Positions 38,212-46,734 of a DNA stretch of 64,000 nucleotides are shown piece after piece (positions within the stretch are counted from its first letter, which is position 1; each line of letters starts with the position of its first letter). The stretch comes from an uncultured Planctomycetales bacterium (GTDB taxonomy: Bacteria > Planctomycetota > Phycisphaerae > UBA1845 > PWPN01). The notes under the pieces were generated by a model. The model did not search any database, was not told the origin of the DNA, and worked only from the letters and a program-made list of their open reading frames with translations. A program made the position numbers and the translations under genes. The stretch covers positions 5,060-69,059 of the forward strand of contig CAZOIA010000002.1 of the NCBI GenBank assembly GCA_964579675.1, written 5' to 3'.

Positions 38212-38259
38212 GTGCGAAGGTGGGAACGTGCGAAAGTACGAAGGCGTGAACGTGAAAAA
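38212..38259 (+). repeat. Six tandem purine-rich octamers (GTGCGAAG GTGGGAAC GTGCGAAA GTACGAAG GCGTGAAC GTGAAAAA)
   Basis: 8-nt phasing read directly. It lies in the miaA/AraC divergent spacer, in sense to the AraC-family gene. The core GTGNGAA resembles the heptads at 25012-25039. Confidence 0.6.
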
Positions 38260-38510
38260 GGCACGTCGCAGCCGGTCTCTTGTCACGTTCTCACATTGGC
38301 ACTTGCTCGCGGGCCGCGTCAGGCCATTCCGGGAGAGACGAGGCCAAGGCTTGCTGGGAGCCCCACCGATTACGTCACGGATTCCACGGGAGGTCATACG
38401 ACGTCATCACCATTGCCCCCAGGCTTGATCGTAGTGTAAGATACAGTGAACCCCGGCCGTTTGGGGCCGAACGGCATCTGGGCGAGCGGCAGCAGTCGCG
38501 GGGCGGCCAC

Positions 38511-39422
38511 ATGCAAGAGGACCAGCACGCAAACATGAGCAGCAGCGTAGACTTCAAGAGACTGAAGAAACCAAGCAGTGCGTCCAAGGCTCGCGGCCGG
38601 CGCCGGAAACTGGGGCAGAAGGATTTCTTCGCCGACCTGTCCGATCTGATTGCCGAGCGATTCATGCGAATCAGCGGCCTGGCCGTGGTCGTGGCTCCCG
38701 TTAACTGGCCGGGAAACCCTGCTGACGAGAGTCCGCCGCCGCTCCATCCCCAATGCGCGGATTGCACGGACATTGAAACCTGCCGCGAACCCTGGCAAAC
38801 CCACCTGGCGGAGCTGGAGCATTGCCCAGAGGTTCACTGGCACCGGTGCGATCGCAACAAGATGTGTGCCGTCGTGCCAGTGGTCGCCAAGGGCCGTTGC
38901 CTGGCCGCCTGCAAGCTGGTGTGTCCCGAGACTATGGGGGAGTCGGACTTTGAGCGAAATGTCGAGCTGCTGGACGTGCTGGTTGAGAACTTCGTGGCCA
39001 GGGAAGGTGATCTGCTGGCGAGGATGATACCCGAAGGCAAGGCTGCCCCCGCCGACGAGGCTGCATCCGACGATATGCCTTCCGCCCGCCCGACCCACCC
39101 GAAGGTGCGCAGGGCCATCGAGCATATCAACCAACACCTGGCCGAACCGACTATGACCGTCGCGAACATCGCCCGGGTCCTCGAAATGAACTCGACCTAT
39201 CTTGCTCACCTTTTCTCGCAGCAAGTCGGTACCCGCATGAGCCGCTACGTCGCCGTGCGACGTATGGAGTTAGCCAAGAAGCTTCTTGTTGACACGGATT
39301 CCAAGATCAAGCGGGTGGCGTACGAGAGCGGCCACGCCAATGCTGACTGGTTCAGCCAGGTCTTCCACGCCCACACCGGCCTCACGCCCCGCGAGTACCG
39401 ACGCCGAATGCGCTCGTCCTGA
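38511..39422 (+). CDS. AraC-family transcriptional regulator with Cys-rich N-terminal sensor domain
   Basis: C-terminal double HTH (TVANIARVLEMNSTYLAHLFSQQVG...; KRVAYESGHANADWFSQVFHAHTGLTPREYRRR). The N-terminal region has about ten Cys (for example CADCTDIETC, CDRNKMC, CLAACKLVC). Start ATG 38511 is tentative. Confidence 0.75.
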   Translation: MQEDQHANMSSSVDFKRLKKPSSASKARGRRRKLGQKDFFADLSDLIAERFMRISGLAVVVAPVNWPGNPADESPPPLHPQCADCTDIETCREPWQTHLAELEHCPEVHWHRCDRNKMCAVVPVVAKGRCLAACKLVCPETMGESDFERNVELLDVLVENFVAREGDLLARMIPEGKAAPADEAASDDMPSARPTHPKVRRAIEHINQHLAEPTMTVANIARVLEMNSTYLAHLFSQQVGTRMSRYVAVRRMELAKKLLVDTDSKIKRVAYESGHANADWFSQVFHAHTGLTPREYRRRMRSS

Positions 39423-39475
39423 GCTCTCCGTTTGCACCTGTAACAACGCCGGAGTTCCGGGATCGGACGCAGAGG

Positions 39476-40375
39476 CTACTTCTCCAATCGATCGTTCCCG
39501 GCCGCTCGCAGCAGTCCGATGAACTTCACGACGGTGGGCGTGAACATCTTTCGTCGCCGGTGGATGATGCCGATCGGACGGGTCGGCTTGCGGATGGCCA
39601 GCGGGACCGCTATCAGCGTCCCGCTCCGGACCTCGTTTCGGACGGTCGGCCCGGGCAGGATGCTGACCCCGGCACCGACCTCGATCGCCTGCTTGATCGT
39701 CTCGATGTTGTCGAACTCCATCACCACCCGGACCGTGACTTCATTCTCGCGCAGGTAGCGCTCGAGTTCCTTGCGGATAATCAGGTCCCGCTCAAACCCG
39801 ACGAAGTTCTCACCCCGCAACTGCCCTACGCTCACTTTCGACATGCGGGCCAGATGGTGGTCCGGATGACAGACCAGAACCATGTCTTCCGACCGGAGGG
39901 GGATGACGGTAAGCCCTCGCGAGGCCGTCGGATACGACACGATACCCAGGTCAACCTCTTCATTGAGCACGGCACCGTATACCCTGTTGGGCCTCAGGTA
40001 CTCCAGGCGCACTTTGGCCTTGGGATACTGGCTCATGAAGTCCTGCATGCACTGGCTCATATCGTGCAACCCCACCGAGTAGATGGCCGCTACGCGAACC
40101 AGACCGGTGATTTCCTGGCGCAGCGAACGTACGCGAGCCTCGACCGTATCGTAGCAATCTGTGACCTCGCGGAAGCCCTCGTAGCAGGTTTCCCCTTCCG
40201 GCGTCAGGATGAACGGGCGCTTGGTCCGGTCGATGAGCTGCACGCCCAGATGACGTTCCAGTTGATGGACTGCCTGACTGGCCGCCGACTGGGAGATCTG
40301 GTTGAGGGCCGCCCCACGAGAGAAGCTCTGGCAGCGGACCACGTCACAGAAAACCCTCAGCGCGTCCAGATTCAT
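39476..40375 (-). CDS. LysR-family transcriptional regulator
   Basis: MNLDALRVFCDVVRCQSFSRGAALNQISQSAASQAVHQLERHLGVQLIDRTKRP is a canonical LysR wHTH. A ~200-aa substrate-binding domain follows. Confidence 0.9.
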   Translation of the reverse strand: MNLDALRVFCDVVRCQSFSRGAALNQISQSAASQAVHQLERHLGVQLIDRTKRPFILTPEGETCYEGFREVTDCYDTVEARVRSLRQEITGLVRVAAIYSVGLHDMSQCMQDFMSQYPKAKVRLEYLRPNRVYGAVLNEEVDLGIVSYPTASRGLTVIPLRSEDMVLVCHPDHHLARMSKVSVGQLRGENFVGFERDLIIRKELERYLRENEVTVRVVMEFDNIETIKQAIEVGAGVSILPGPTVRNEVRSGTLIAVPLAIRKPTRPIGIIHRRRKMFTPTVVKFIGLLRAAGNDRLEK

Positions 40376-40388
40376 AGCTACATATTAC

Positions 40389-40405
40389 CATTAGAAAACC
40401 TAATG
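40389..40405. promoter_or_regulatory. LysR-type operator (CATTAG-N5-CTAATG, contains T-N11-A) next to the lysR start
   Basis: Perfect 6-bp inverted repeat cattag aaaac ctaatg, starting 14 nt upstream of the LysR ATG. The same palindrome recurs at 40695-40711. Confidence 0.5.
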
Positions 40406-40694
40406 TCCACCCTCAAAGAATGCCGGTAGACTTAATCAATCACCGGCACCGGGCCGGGGCGTCAGCAGCCTATCGCCCCACCTTCGACGACACGCCTCGT
40501 CGGTGCCTGAGCCAGTTGCCCCGGCAATAGAGTCCGCGCGGCTCATGGGAAGTCTTGCCTGGCCAACCCAGTGCCGCACACCTCGTATCGCGCCCTCAAC
40601 CGGTCAAGCTTCATAAGGGCACCTTATCCGGGGTACCAGAGTTTCTGCAACCGCGCTGGTGCGCGAACGCCCCGGGCTGCTACAAGGCTGGTGC

Positions 40695-40711
40695 CATTAG
40701 TAGAGCTAATG
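40695..40711. promoter_or_regulatory. LysR-type operator (CATTAG-N5-CTAATG), candidate recognition site at about -65 of the target promoter
   Basis: Perfect inverted repeat cattag tagag ctaatg. An extra half-site ctaatg at 40738-40743 overlaps the candidate -35. Confidence 0.5.
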
Positions 40712-40733
40712 TCGTCTATAGCTGACCTGGGGT

Positions 40734-40761
40734 TTTACTAATGGCATATCTGTGGTATAGT
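40734..40761 (+). promoter_or_regulatory. Candidate sigma70 promoter of the FMN glutamate-synthase-like gene
   Basis: -35 TTTACT (40734-40739), 16-nt spacer, -10 TATAGT (40756-40761). It lies 43 nt upstream of ATG 40804, which has a GGGAGGAAG RBS. Confidence 0.4.
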
Positions 40762-40803
40762 CAACCATGGGGATTCACATAGGGCCCGCTTCGGGAGGAA
40801 GTT

Positions 40804-42441
40804 ATGAACCTGCGACGACCGAACTCGAATGACGCAAATCAGACCTCCAACCGCTCTCGCAGCATTGTGCCGGGCTCGGGCCTGTGCTCGCGCTGCGTGG
40901 ACGGCTGCAGGGGCAATTGCGAGGTATTCCAGGCGACGTTCCGCGGCCGCGAACTGATCTATCCGGGCCCATTCGGCGACGTGACCGCCGGCGGGGACAA
41001 GGACTATCCGGTGGATTACTCGCACCTCAACATCCAGGGCTATGCCCTGGGCGGCGACGGCCTCCCGAAAGGCGTCGAGGCGAACCCCGATACCTGCAAG
41101 TTCCCCGATGTCGACGTCCAGACGGAATACGGCTGGGACAAGAAGGTCAAGATGCTGGCCCCGGTGTTTACGGGAGCTCTGGGCTCGACGGAGGTCGCTC
41201 GGAAAAACTGGGACCATTTCGCGGTCGGGGCGGCCATCAGCGGCATCACGCTGGTCTGCGGCGAGAACGTCTGCGGGATCGACCCGGGGCTGGAGCTGGA
41301 CTCCAGCGGCCAGGTCAAGTCGGCCCCTGACATGGACCGCCGGATCGAGACATACAGGCGGTACCACCGCGGGTTCGGCGAGATCCTCGTCCAGATGAAC
41401 GTCGAGGACACGCGCCTGGGGGTTGCTGAGTACGTGATCGACAAGCACGGCCTGGACACGATCGAGCTCAAGTGGGGCCAGGGCGCCAAGTGCATCGGCG
41501 GCGAGATTAAAGTCGATTCGCTGGAGCGGGCTGTGGAGCTCCAGAAACGCGGGTACATCGTCACCCCCGACCCGTCGGATCCGGTGACCCAGGCAGCGTT
41601 CAGGGACGGCGCGCTCAAGCAGTTCGAACGTCACAGCCGGCTCGGTTTCATCGACGAGGAGGGCTTCATGGAGGAATGCGAGCGGTTGCGTGCACTCGGG
41701 TTCAAGCGGATCACGCTCAAGACGGGGGCGTACGGGCTGCGTGAGCTGGCGATGGCCCTCAAGTGGGGCAGCGCGGCAAGGATCGACCTGCTGACCATCG
41801 ACGGCGCCCCGGGCGGGACCGGCATGAGCCCCTGGGGGATGATGCAGGAGTGGGGCGTGCCCAGCATCTACCTGCACTCGGCCGCTGCCGAATTCGCGGA
41901 CAAACTCGCCGCTAAAGGCGAGCGCGTGCCCGATCTGGCCTTTGCCGGCGGGTTCAGCGACGAGGGCCACCTCTTCAAGGCGCTGGCCCTCGGTGCTCCA
42001 TATTGCAAGGCAATCTGCATGGGCCGGGCCCTCATGATCCCCGGCATGGTCGGCAAGAACGTCACCGAGTGGATGAACAACGGCGGCCTGCCCAAAACGG
42101 TCAGCCAGTACGGCGACACGCTGGAAGAGATATTCGTCTGTTGGGAGCAGGTCGCCGACATCGTCGGCAAGGACGAAGCGTCGAAGATGCCGCTCGGCGC
42201 GATCGGGGTCTTCTCCTATGCCGAGAAACTGCGGGTTGGGCTCCAGCAGTTGATGGCCGGTGCCCGCCACTTCAGGATCTCCGCCATCCGCCGCCGGGAC
42301 CTCATGAGCCTGACCGAGGAGTGCGCCAAGATCACCGGCATCCCCTACGTCATGGACGCCTACCGCCAAGAGGCCGAAGGCATCCTCGCCGGATACGCCT
42401 CGACGAAGAGGACCCGGCGTGACAAGGCGGCGCCGGCCTAG
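40804..42441 (+). CDS. FMN-binding glutamate synthase family protein (GltB domain-2-like) with N-terminal Cys cluster
   Basis: IELKWGQGAKCIGGEIKV and LLTIDGAPGGTGMSPW are signatures of the GltS FMN domain. The N-terminus has CSRCVDGCRGNCEVF. Confidence 0.8.
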   Translation: MNLRRPNSNDANQTSNRSRSIVPGSGLCSRCVDGCRGNCEVFQATFRGRELIYPGPFGDVTAGGDKDYPVDYSHLNIQGYALGGDGLPKGVEANPDTCKFPDVDVQTEYGWDKKVKMLAPVFTGALGSTEVARKNWDHFAVGAAISGITLVCGENVCGIDPGLELDSSGQVKSAPDMDRRIETYRRYHRGFGEILVQMNVEDTRLGVAEYVIDKHGLDTIELKWGQGAKCIGGEIKVDSLERAVELQKRGYIVTPDPSDPVTQAAFRDGALKQFERHSRLGFIDEEGFMEECERLRALGFKRITLKTGAYGLRELAMALKWGSAARIDLLTIDGAPGGTGMSPWGMMQEWGVPSIYLHSAAAEFADKLAAKGERVPDLAFAGGFSDEGHLFKALALGAPYCKAICMGRALMIPGMVGKNVTEWMNNGGLPKTVSQYGDTLEEIFVCWEQVADIVGKDEASKMPLGAIGVFSYAEKLRVGLQQLMAGARHFRISAIRRRDLMSLTEECAKITGIPYVMDAYRQEAEGILAGYASTKRTRRDKAAPA

Positions 42442-42665
42442 GAGACCGTCCGAGTAAGGCTGCCGAATGGACGACTCTCGCGTTCTGTGCTGTGTTGTCC
42501 CGGGAAGTCATGCCCCGAACCGATGAACGGACAGGTGACGTCTTCGGCCGACATCTCGCGGGGATAGGCCCGTGTGCCTTCGTTTTTCGGGCTGGATTGG
42601 GGCGTATCATTCCTTTTCATGCCGTTGCCCATGTTCTTCTTCATCTGCTTGACCTCGGCTGCGAT

Positions 42666-44573
42666 TCAATCGGCGCAGTGCGGATCGGCAGAGAGGTTAG
42701 GACCACTGACGCATCCTCGAAAGATGCTGAAATCGGTCTGGTCCACGTCACTGTCGCCATCCAGTTTGGCGTCCTGGCAATCCGGATCATTCTGCGGGAG
42801 GGCCGGTCCGGTCAGGCAGGCCTGAAAGTGGCCGAAGTCCTCCTGGTCCACGTCGCCGTCGCGGTCGAAGTCAGCGGGCGGGGGCGGCACCGGGCGGACC
42901 TCGATTTCGACCTGGTTGGACATCACCGATCCGTTCAGTACGGTTATGATCTCCAGGTGGGCCTGATGGATCCCGAGGTCGCAATACGGGTGATCGACCT
43001 CGCTCGGGGCACCGGGCCCCGGCGACGATCCGCCATCGCCGAAATCCCATTCATGCGAGATTACGCTGTCACCGATTGGTAACTCGACCGTCGGCGTGAA
43101 GTGCACCGTGCCCCCTTGACTGACTTGAGCCGGATCCGCAGTGATCGTGACCCGCGGTTCAAGGATCGTGCCGATATCGACGCGCGCCACCTGGCCCGCA
43201 GTGACCACAACGTCCGGCACGCTCACGGACGGTTGATCGGGATGCGTCACAGTCAGAGTGTAGGTCCCCGGTGGAACAAGCAGAAACGAGTAGAAGCCGT
43301 CTCCCGTGGACAATGCCTTGTACGACGAGTCGGTGCGAACGACCTGCGCGTCGATCACCGCAGTGCCCTGGGCATCGGTGACGAACCCGCAGATGATGCC
43401 GGTCGTTGGATCGTTCTTCCAGGACATCGCCGGGAGAAGCGTCGGCGCAGGGTAGGCATCGGTCCGGTACTGGTTCCACAGGCTTGAATCGAACTTACTC
43501 CAGGAGAAGACCGTGTTACCGTGACCGCCGCGCAGGCGGGTCAGGGCAATTTGCTCCAGCAGCGCAGTGAATCCCTCGGAGGCGTGGTGCCCCATGACGA
43601 CGTGTCGGCCGCCGCTACCGGCCAGCCACTGCTGCAACCGCGTGTCCCAGGTCGATCCCGCACCGCCGGTGAAGTAGCACATCGGCACGATCAGGTCCAA
43701 GCCGCCGGACTGGGCCCACGCCCGGGCGTCCTGATGTTGGTAGGTCGGCGCGGTGCTCGGGTTGGGGAAAACCGCCGCGCTGACTTTCACGTGCGGCTTG
43801 ACGGTCATGACGGCCGCGTAGATGTCGCGAACGTTGCGCGTAATCTGGTCAGCCGTCCATTCGTGAAAACCCAGACCCTCCGGGTTGCTCTGGGGATTGT
43901 TGAGCCGGGCCACGCTGATCGGATCGTACGAGAAAAGGGAGTTCGGGGTGCGGATACGATCAAAGTGCACGCCATCCACGTCGTAGTTCTCCACCACGTA
44001 GCAGATCTGCTGACGAAGATAAGCCTGAAAGGCCGGGACGCCGGGGGCGATCCAGACGTAGTCGTTCTCGTGAAACTGCACCGGGGCGCCGGCGCTGTCG
44101 TGGATCAACCAGTCGCGCGCGTCGGGATCGGCGGCGTTGCAATGCTCGTAGAACAGATGCTCGGGATTGGCTGGCAGCGAGGTGCCTTGCCAGCAGGTGT
44201 GCGTGTTGATGTAGGCATGGAACTCGATGCCGTTCGCATGGGCCGAGTTGACCGCATAGGCTAATGGATCCCACCCGGGATCGTGGCCGCCGATCAGAGG
44301 TGACCACACTTCGAACGGGGACGGGTAGAGTGTGTCGGCCTGGCCTCGAACCTGAACGAAGACGGCGTTGAAGTTGCTCGCCGCCAGGTCCCCCATGATC
44401 GCGTCGATTCGGGCCTGGGCGACGGCGGAATTCGTGCTTGGCCACTCAAAGCGCGTGACCCACATCGCCCGGAACTCGGGTGATTGGGCCTGGCCGACGC
44501 CGGGCGGGAGGATGATCCACAGCGTCACCGCTAACTGAACTGAGGCAACCGTTGCCCGCCACATGCGCGCCAT
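42666..44573 (-). CDS. Secreted GHL10-family (DUF187/YngK-like) glycoside-hydrolase-like protein with CarboxypepD_reg-like, PKD and dockerin-like modules
   Basis: Signal peptide. EFRAMWVTRFEWPS (GHL10 N-terminus). GFVTDAQGTAV...GFYSFLLVPPGTYTLTV (carboxypeptidase regulatory-like fold). HEWDFGDGGSS (PKD). C-terminal DFDRDGDVDQEDF and LDGDSDVDQTDF (dockerin/EF-hand-like pair). Confidence 0.75.
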   Translation of the reverse strand: MARMWRATVASVQLAVTLWIILPPGVGQAQSPEFRAMWVTRFEWPSTNSAVAQARIDAIMGDLAASNFNAVFVQVRGQADTLYPSPFEVWSPLIGGHDPGWDPLAYAVNSAHANGIEFHAYINTHTCWQGTSLPANPEHLFYEHCNAADPDARDWLIHDSAGAPVQFHENDYVWIAPGVPAFQAYLRQQICYVVENYDVDGVHFDRIRTPNSLFSYDPISVARLNNPQSNPEGLGFHEWTADQITRNVRDIYAAVMTVKPHVKVSAAVFPNPSTAPTYQHQDARAWAQSGGLDLIVPMCYFTGGAGSTWDTRLQQWLAGSGGRHVVMGHHASEGFTALLEQIALTRLRGGHGNTVFSWSKFDSSLWNQYRTDAYPAPTLLPAMSWKNDPTTGIICGFVTDAQGTAVIDAQVVRTDSSYKALSTGDGFYSFLLVPPGTYTLTVTHPDQPSVSVPDVVVTAGQVARVDIGTILEPRVTITADPAQVSQGGTVHFTPTVELPIGDSVISHEWDFGDGGSSPGPGAPSEVDHPYCDLGIHQAHLEIITVLNGSVMSNQVEIEVRPVPPPPADFDRDGDVDQEDFGHFQACLTGPALPQNDPDCQDAKLDGDSDVDQTDFSIFRGCVSGPNLSADPHCAD

Positions 44574-44588
44574 ACCCCCCTGTTTCCC

Positions 44589-46460
44589 TCACCTTTGAGA
44601 ACCACCCCCACGTCGCCGTGCTTGTGGCCCCCAGACTATGTTACCCGATACCACTAAGGATTTCCCGTTTCGGGCCGGCAGGCGAACGCCGGCCGCCCTT
44701 TTCGGTCCCATTCCAGCCAGGTAATTGCCAACCGCTTCCGAAGTGTGCAGGCAGCGATTGTAGATCCGCAGGTTCTTCAGTTCACCCCGGAATAACGGGG
44801 CGACTCGGAGCGAGCGTGAACCATTGACGTCACCGAGCGCGTCACTGAATCGCCCCCACCCGTATTGCCGAGACGTACCCCCGTCGCAGAGCACACCATC
44901 GACTACACAGGTAATGATCTTCGGACCGCCATCGACAATGACCACAACGTGATGAAATCGCTTGGGCTTCAACGTTTCTTCGTCGCAATCCCAGCTTGCC
45001 CTGGTTTTGCCGTCGCTCAATTCAATTCGGATCGAAGCCGCTGCGGTGGTGGTGACCGCGATCCCCTTTCCCGCTTCATCACGGGAATCGAGGATAACCT
45101 GCCCCGCTGACAGATCGTTTGCCTTGATCCACACGCCTATGGTGAAGCCGCCGGCACCGCGCAGATCAGGTAACCGCGGCATCTCAATGGTCTTCGTGCC
45201 AGGTTCACGTGAGCCCAGCGAGAACCTGAGCCCTTCTCTCGAGACGGTCTTGACCGTTCCCTGGTTCCAGAGAGCTTCGAGAAGCGTGGCGTTCACCTCA
45301 TGCACCCTGGCAACCGTCTTCTGCGTTTCCGTGATCCAGTATCGCCCACCTTCTTCGATCAGATCAGGGTAGCTGATGCGGATCTTCGGATCAGGGTCGT
45401 ATAACAGGATCTCCGGTTGCGACCAGTGGATGCGACCGTTCTTCTCGACGCCGCCGGCGATCCAGGCGGGGTTCCTGTCCTCAAAGTCCTTGCCCCCATG
45501 ATTATGGTACCAGAGAAGGTACTTGCCGGCGGCGGTCTTCCAGATTCTCGGGCACGCGCGCGGGTGCTTGATGCGTTTTCCTCCGGGCGAGTACGTCGCG
45601 TACGCCGGCGCCGTCCACGTCCGACCGCCGTCGGTGCTGTAAGCATGGCATGGATGCCCGTCAACGGTCCTGTACATGGTGTAAAGATCGCCGTTGCTCA
45701 GCGCGACGAGGTTGTGTTCCTCGGCAACCGGGCCCTTCGGCGCGCGGAGTCCGACGTCACCCTCGGGCAGCATCTGCCACTGGATACCGCCGGGGTCTGT
45801 TTGCGAAAGAAGATCGTCCGATCGAAAGAACCACCCCTCGGTCTGGCTTACAAGGTACTTGCCGATCTTGCTGAAACCAAGGTAAACGCTCTCGCCGACC
45901 ACGATCGGCTTGCCGATTCCCCAGAACATCTGCACGCGGCCGTTCCAGTTGTTGTGCCGATCGACCTCAGTCATGCGCACGGGCAGCCGAAAGCGCCTGT
46001 CGGACCACGTTCGGCCATTGTCGTCGGAGTACTTATAGACGTACCATCCCAGCATGTCGGCGCGAATACCTTTCCGCGCATTCAGGCTGTCGATCCCGTC
46101 TCCGTTGTAATCGTAGAAGACATGAACCCGGCCACTCGGTGTCACCAGCGGCATCGCCCATGAAGCCACCGGGCCGTCAGCGGGCTCGATGTCGATCAGC
46201 TCGGACCAGGTCCTTCCCTTGTCCTGACTGATGGCAGCGACGATATGCTGACCGTCCTGGCCCTCCTGACCCCTGCCCGTGGTCATCGTACACAGCCAGT
46301 TGCCGTCCCGCGTGACCACGACGTAGGGTTGGTCGCAGTATCCTTCATCCGGGATCGTCCAGCCCGTCCTGATGTTGCGAGGATCCACGCCGGCGTTCTC
46401 CCGAGGAGTCGGCGCAACGCCGGAAGCAGAAATGATCGCCATCATCAATACCGATCTCAT
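44589..46460 (-). CDS. BNR-repeat sialidase-like glycosidase with C-terminal LamG/concanavalin-like domain
   Basis: Three Asp-box motifs (SQDKGRTW, SDDNGRTW, STDGGRTW). The C-terminal ~200 aa resembles Laminin_G_3 (LSAGQVILDSRD...FHHVVVIVDG...LRIYNRCL). Confidence 0.75.
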   Translation of the reverse strand: MRSVLMMAIISASGVAPTPRENAGVDPRNIRTGWTIPDEGYCDQPYVVVTRDGNWLCTMTTGRGQEGQDGQHIVAAISQDKGRTWSELIDIEPADGPVASWAMPLVTPSGRVHVFYDYNGDGIDSLNARKGIRADMLGWYVYKYSDDNGRTWSDRRFRLPVRMTEVDRHNNWNGRVQMFWGIGKPIVVGESVYLGFSKIGKYLVSQTEGWFFRSDDLLSQTDPGGIQWQMLPEGDVGLRAPKGPVAEEHNLVALSNGDLYTMYRTVDGHPCHAYSTDGGRTWTAPAYATYSPGGKRIKHPRACPRIWKTAAGKYLLWYHNHGGKDFEDRNPAWIAGGVEKNGRIHWSQPEILLYDPDPKIRISYPDLIEEGGRYWITETQKTVARVHEVNATLLEALWNQGTVKTVSREGLRFSLGSREPGTKTIEMPRLPDLRGAGGFTIGVWIKANDLSAGQVILDSRDEAGKGIAVTTTAAASIRIELSDGKTRASWDCDEETLKPKRFHHVVVIVDGGPKIITCVVDGVLCDGGTSRQYGWGRFSDALGDVNGSRSLRVAPLFRGELKNLRIYNRCLHTSEAVGNYLAGMGPKRAAGVRLPARNGKSLVVSGNIVWGPQARRRGGGSQR

Positions 46461-46532
46461 GTCTACCTGCCCTTCTTCAATTCTCTCTCTTGGCTCGCCG
46501 GCTCCTGCGAAGCAGGCGAATCCGAATCGACG

Positions 46533-46730
46533 TCACATCCTTTCCCCCAAGCCACAGCGCTGAAGATAATACAGCAGCGTCGGGGCCGGCCGGTAGCGAT
46601 TCCATACGCTGTTGAGGTCCTTCTCCCGAATCATCCGAGCGTACCCGGCTCGGGCGTCTGTCAGGCAGTACTCATCGCCGGTCAACTGATGGGCTGGAAG
46701 CCCGTCCCACACGGTTTCAGGAGGCACCAT
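46533..46730 (-). CDS. Small hypothetical protein (65 aa), probably translationally coupled to the RND pump gene
   Basis: ATG 46730 lies 4 nt after the RND stop (TGA CCTC ATG). Product MVPPETVWDGLPAHQLTGDEYCLTDARAGYARMIREKDLNSVWNRYRPAPTLLYYLQRCGLGERM. Codon composition looks coding. No family recognised. Confidence 0.4.
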   Translation of the reverse strand: MVPPETVWDGLPAHQLTGDEYCLTDARAGYARMIREKDLNSVWNRYRPAPTLLYYLQRCGLGERM

Positions 46731-46734
46731 GAGG

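Noticed and set aside
42438-42644. A 68-aa minus-strand ORF (MKKNMGNGMKRNDTPQSS...) downstream of the GHL10 gene.
   Set aside because: There is no recognisable domain, the composition is polar and low-complexity, and the ORF overlaps the convergent glutamate-synthase-like stop. It cannot be supported as a gene from sequence alone.
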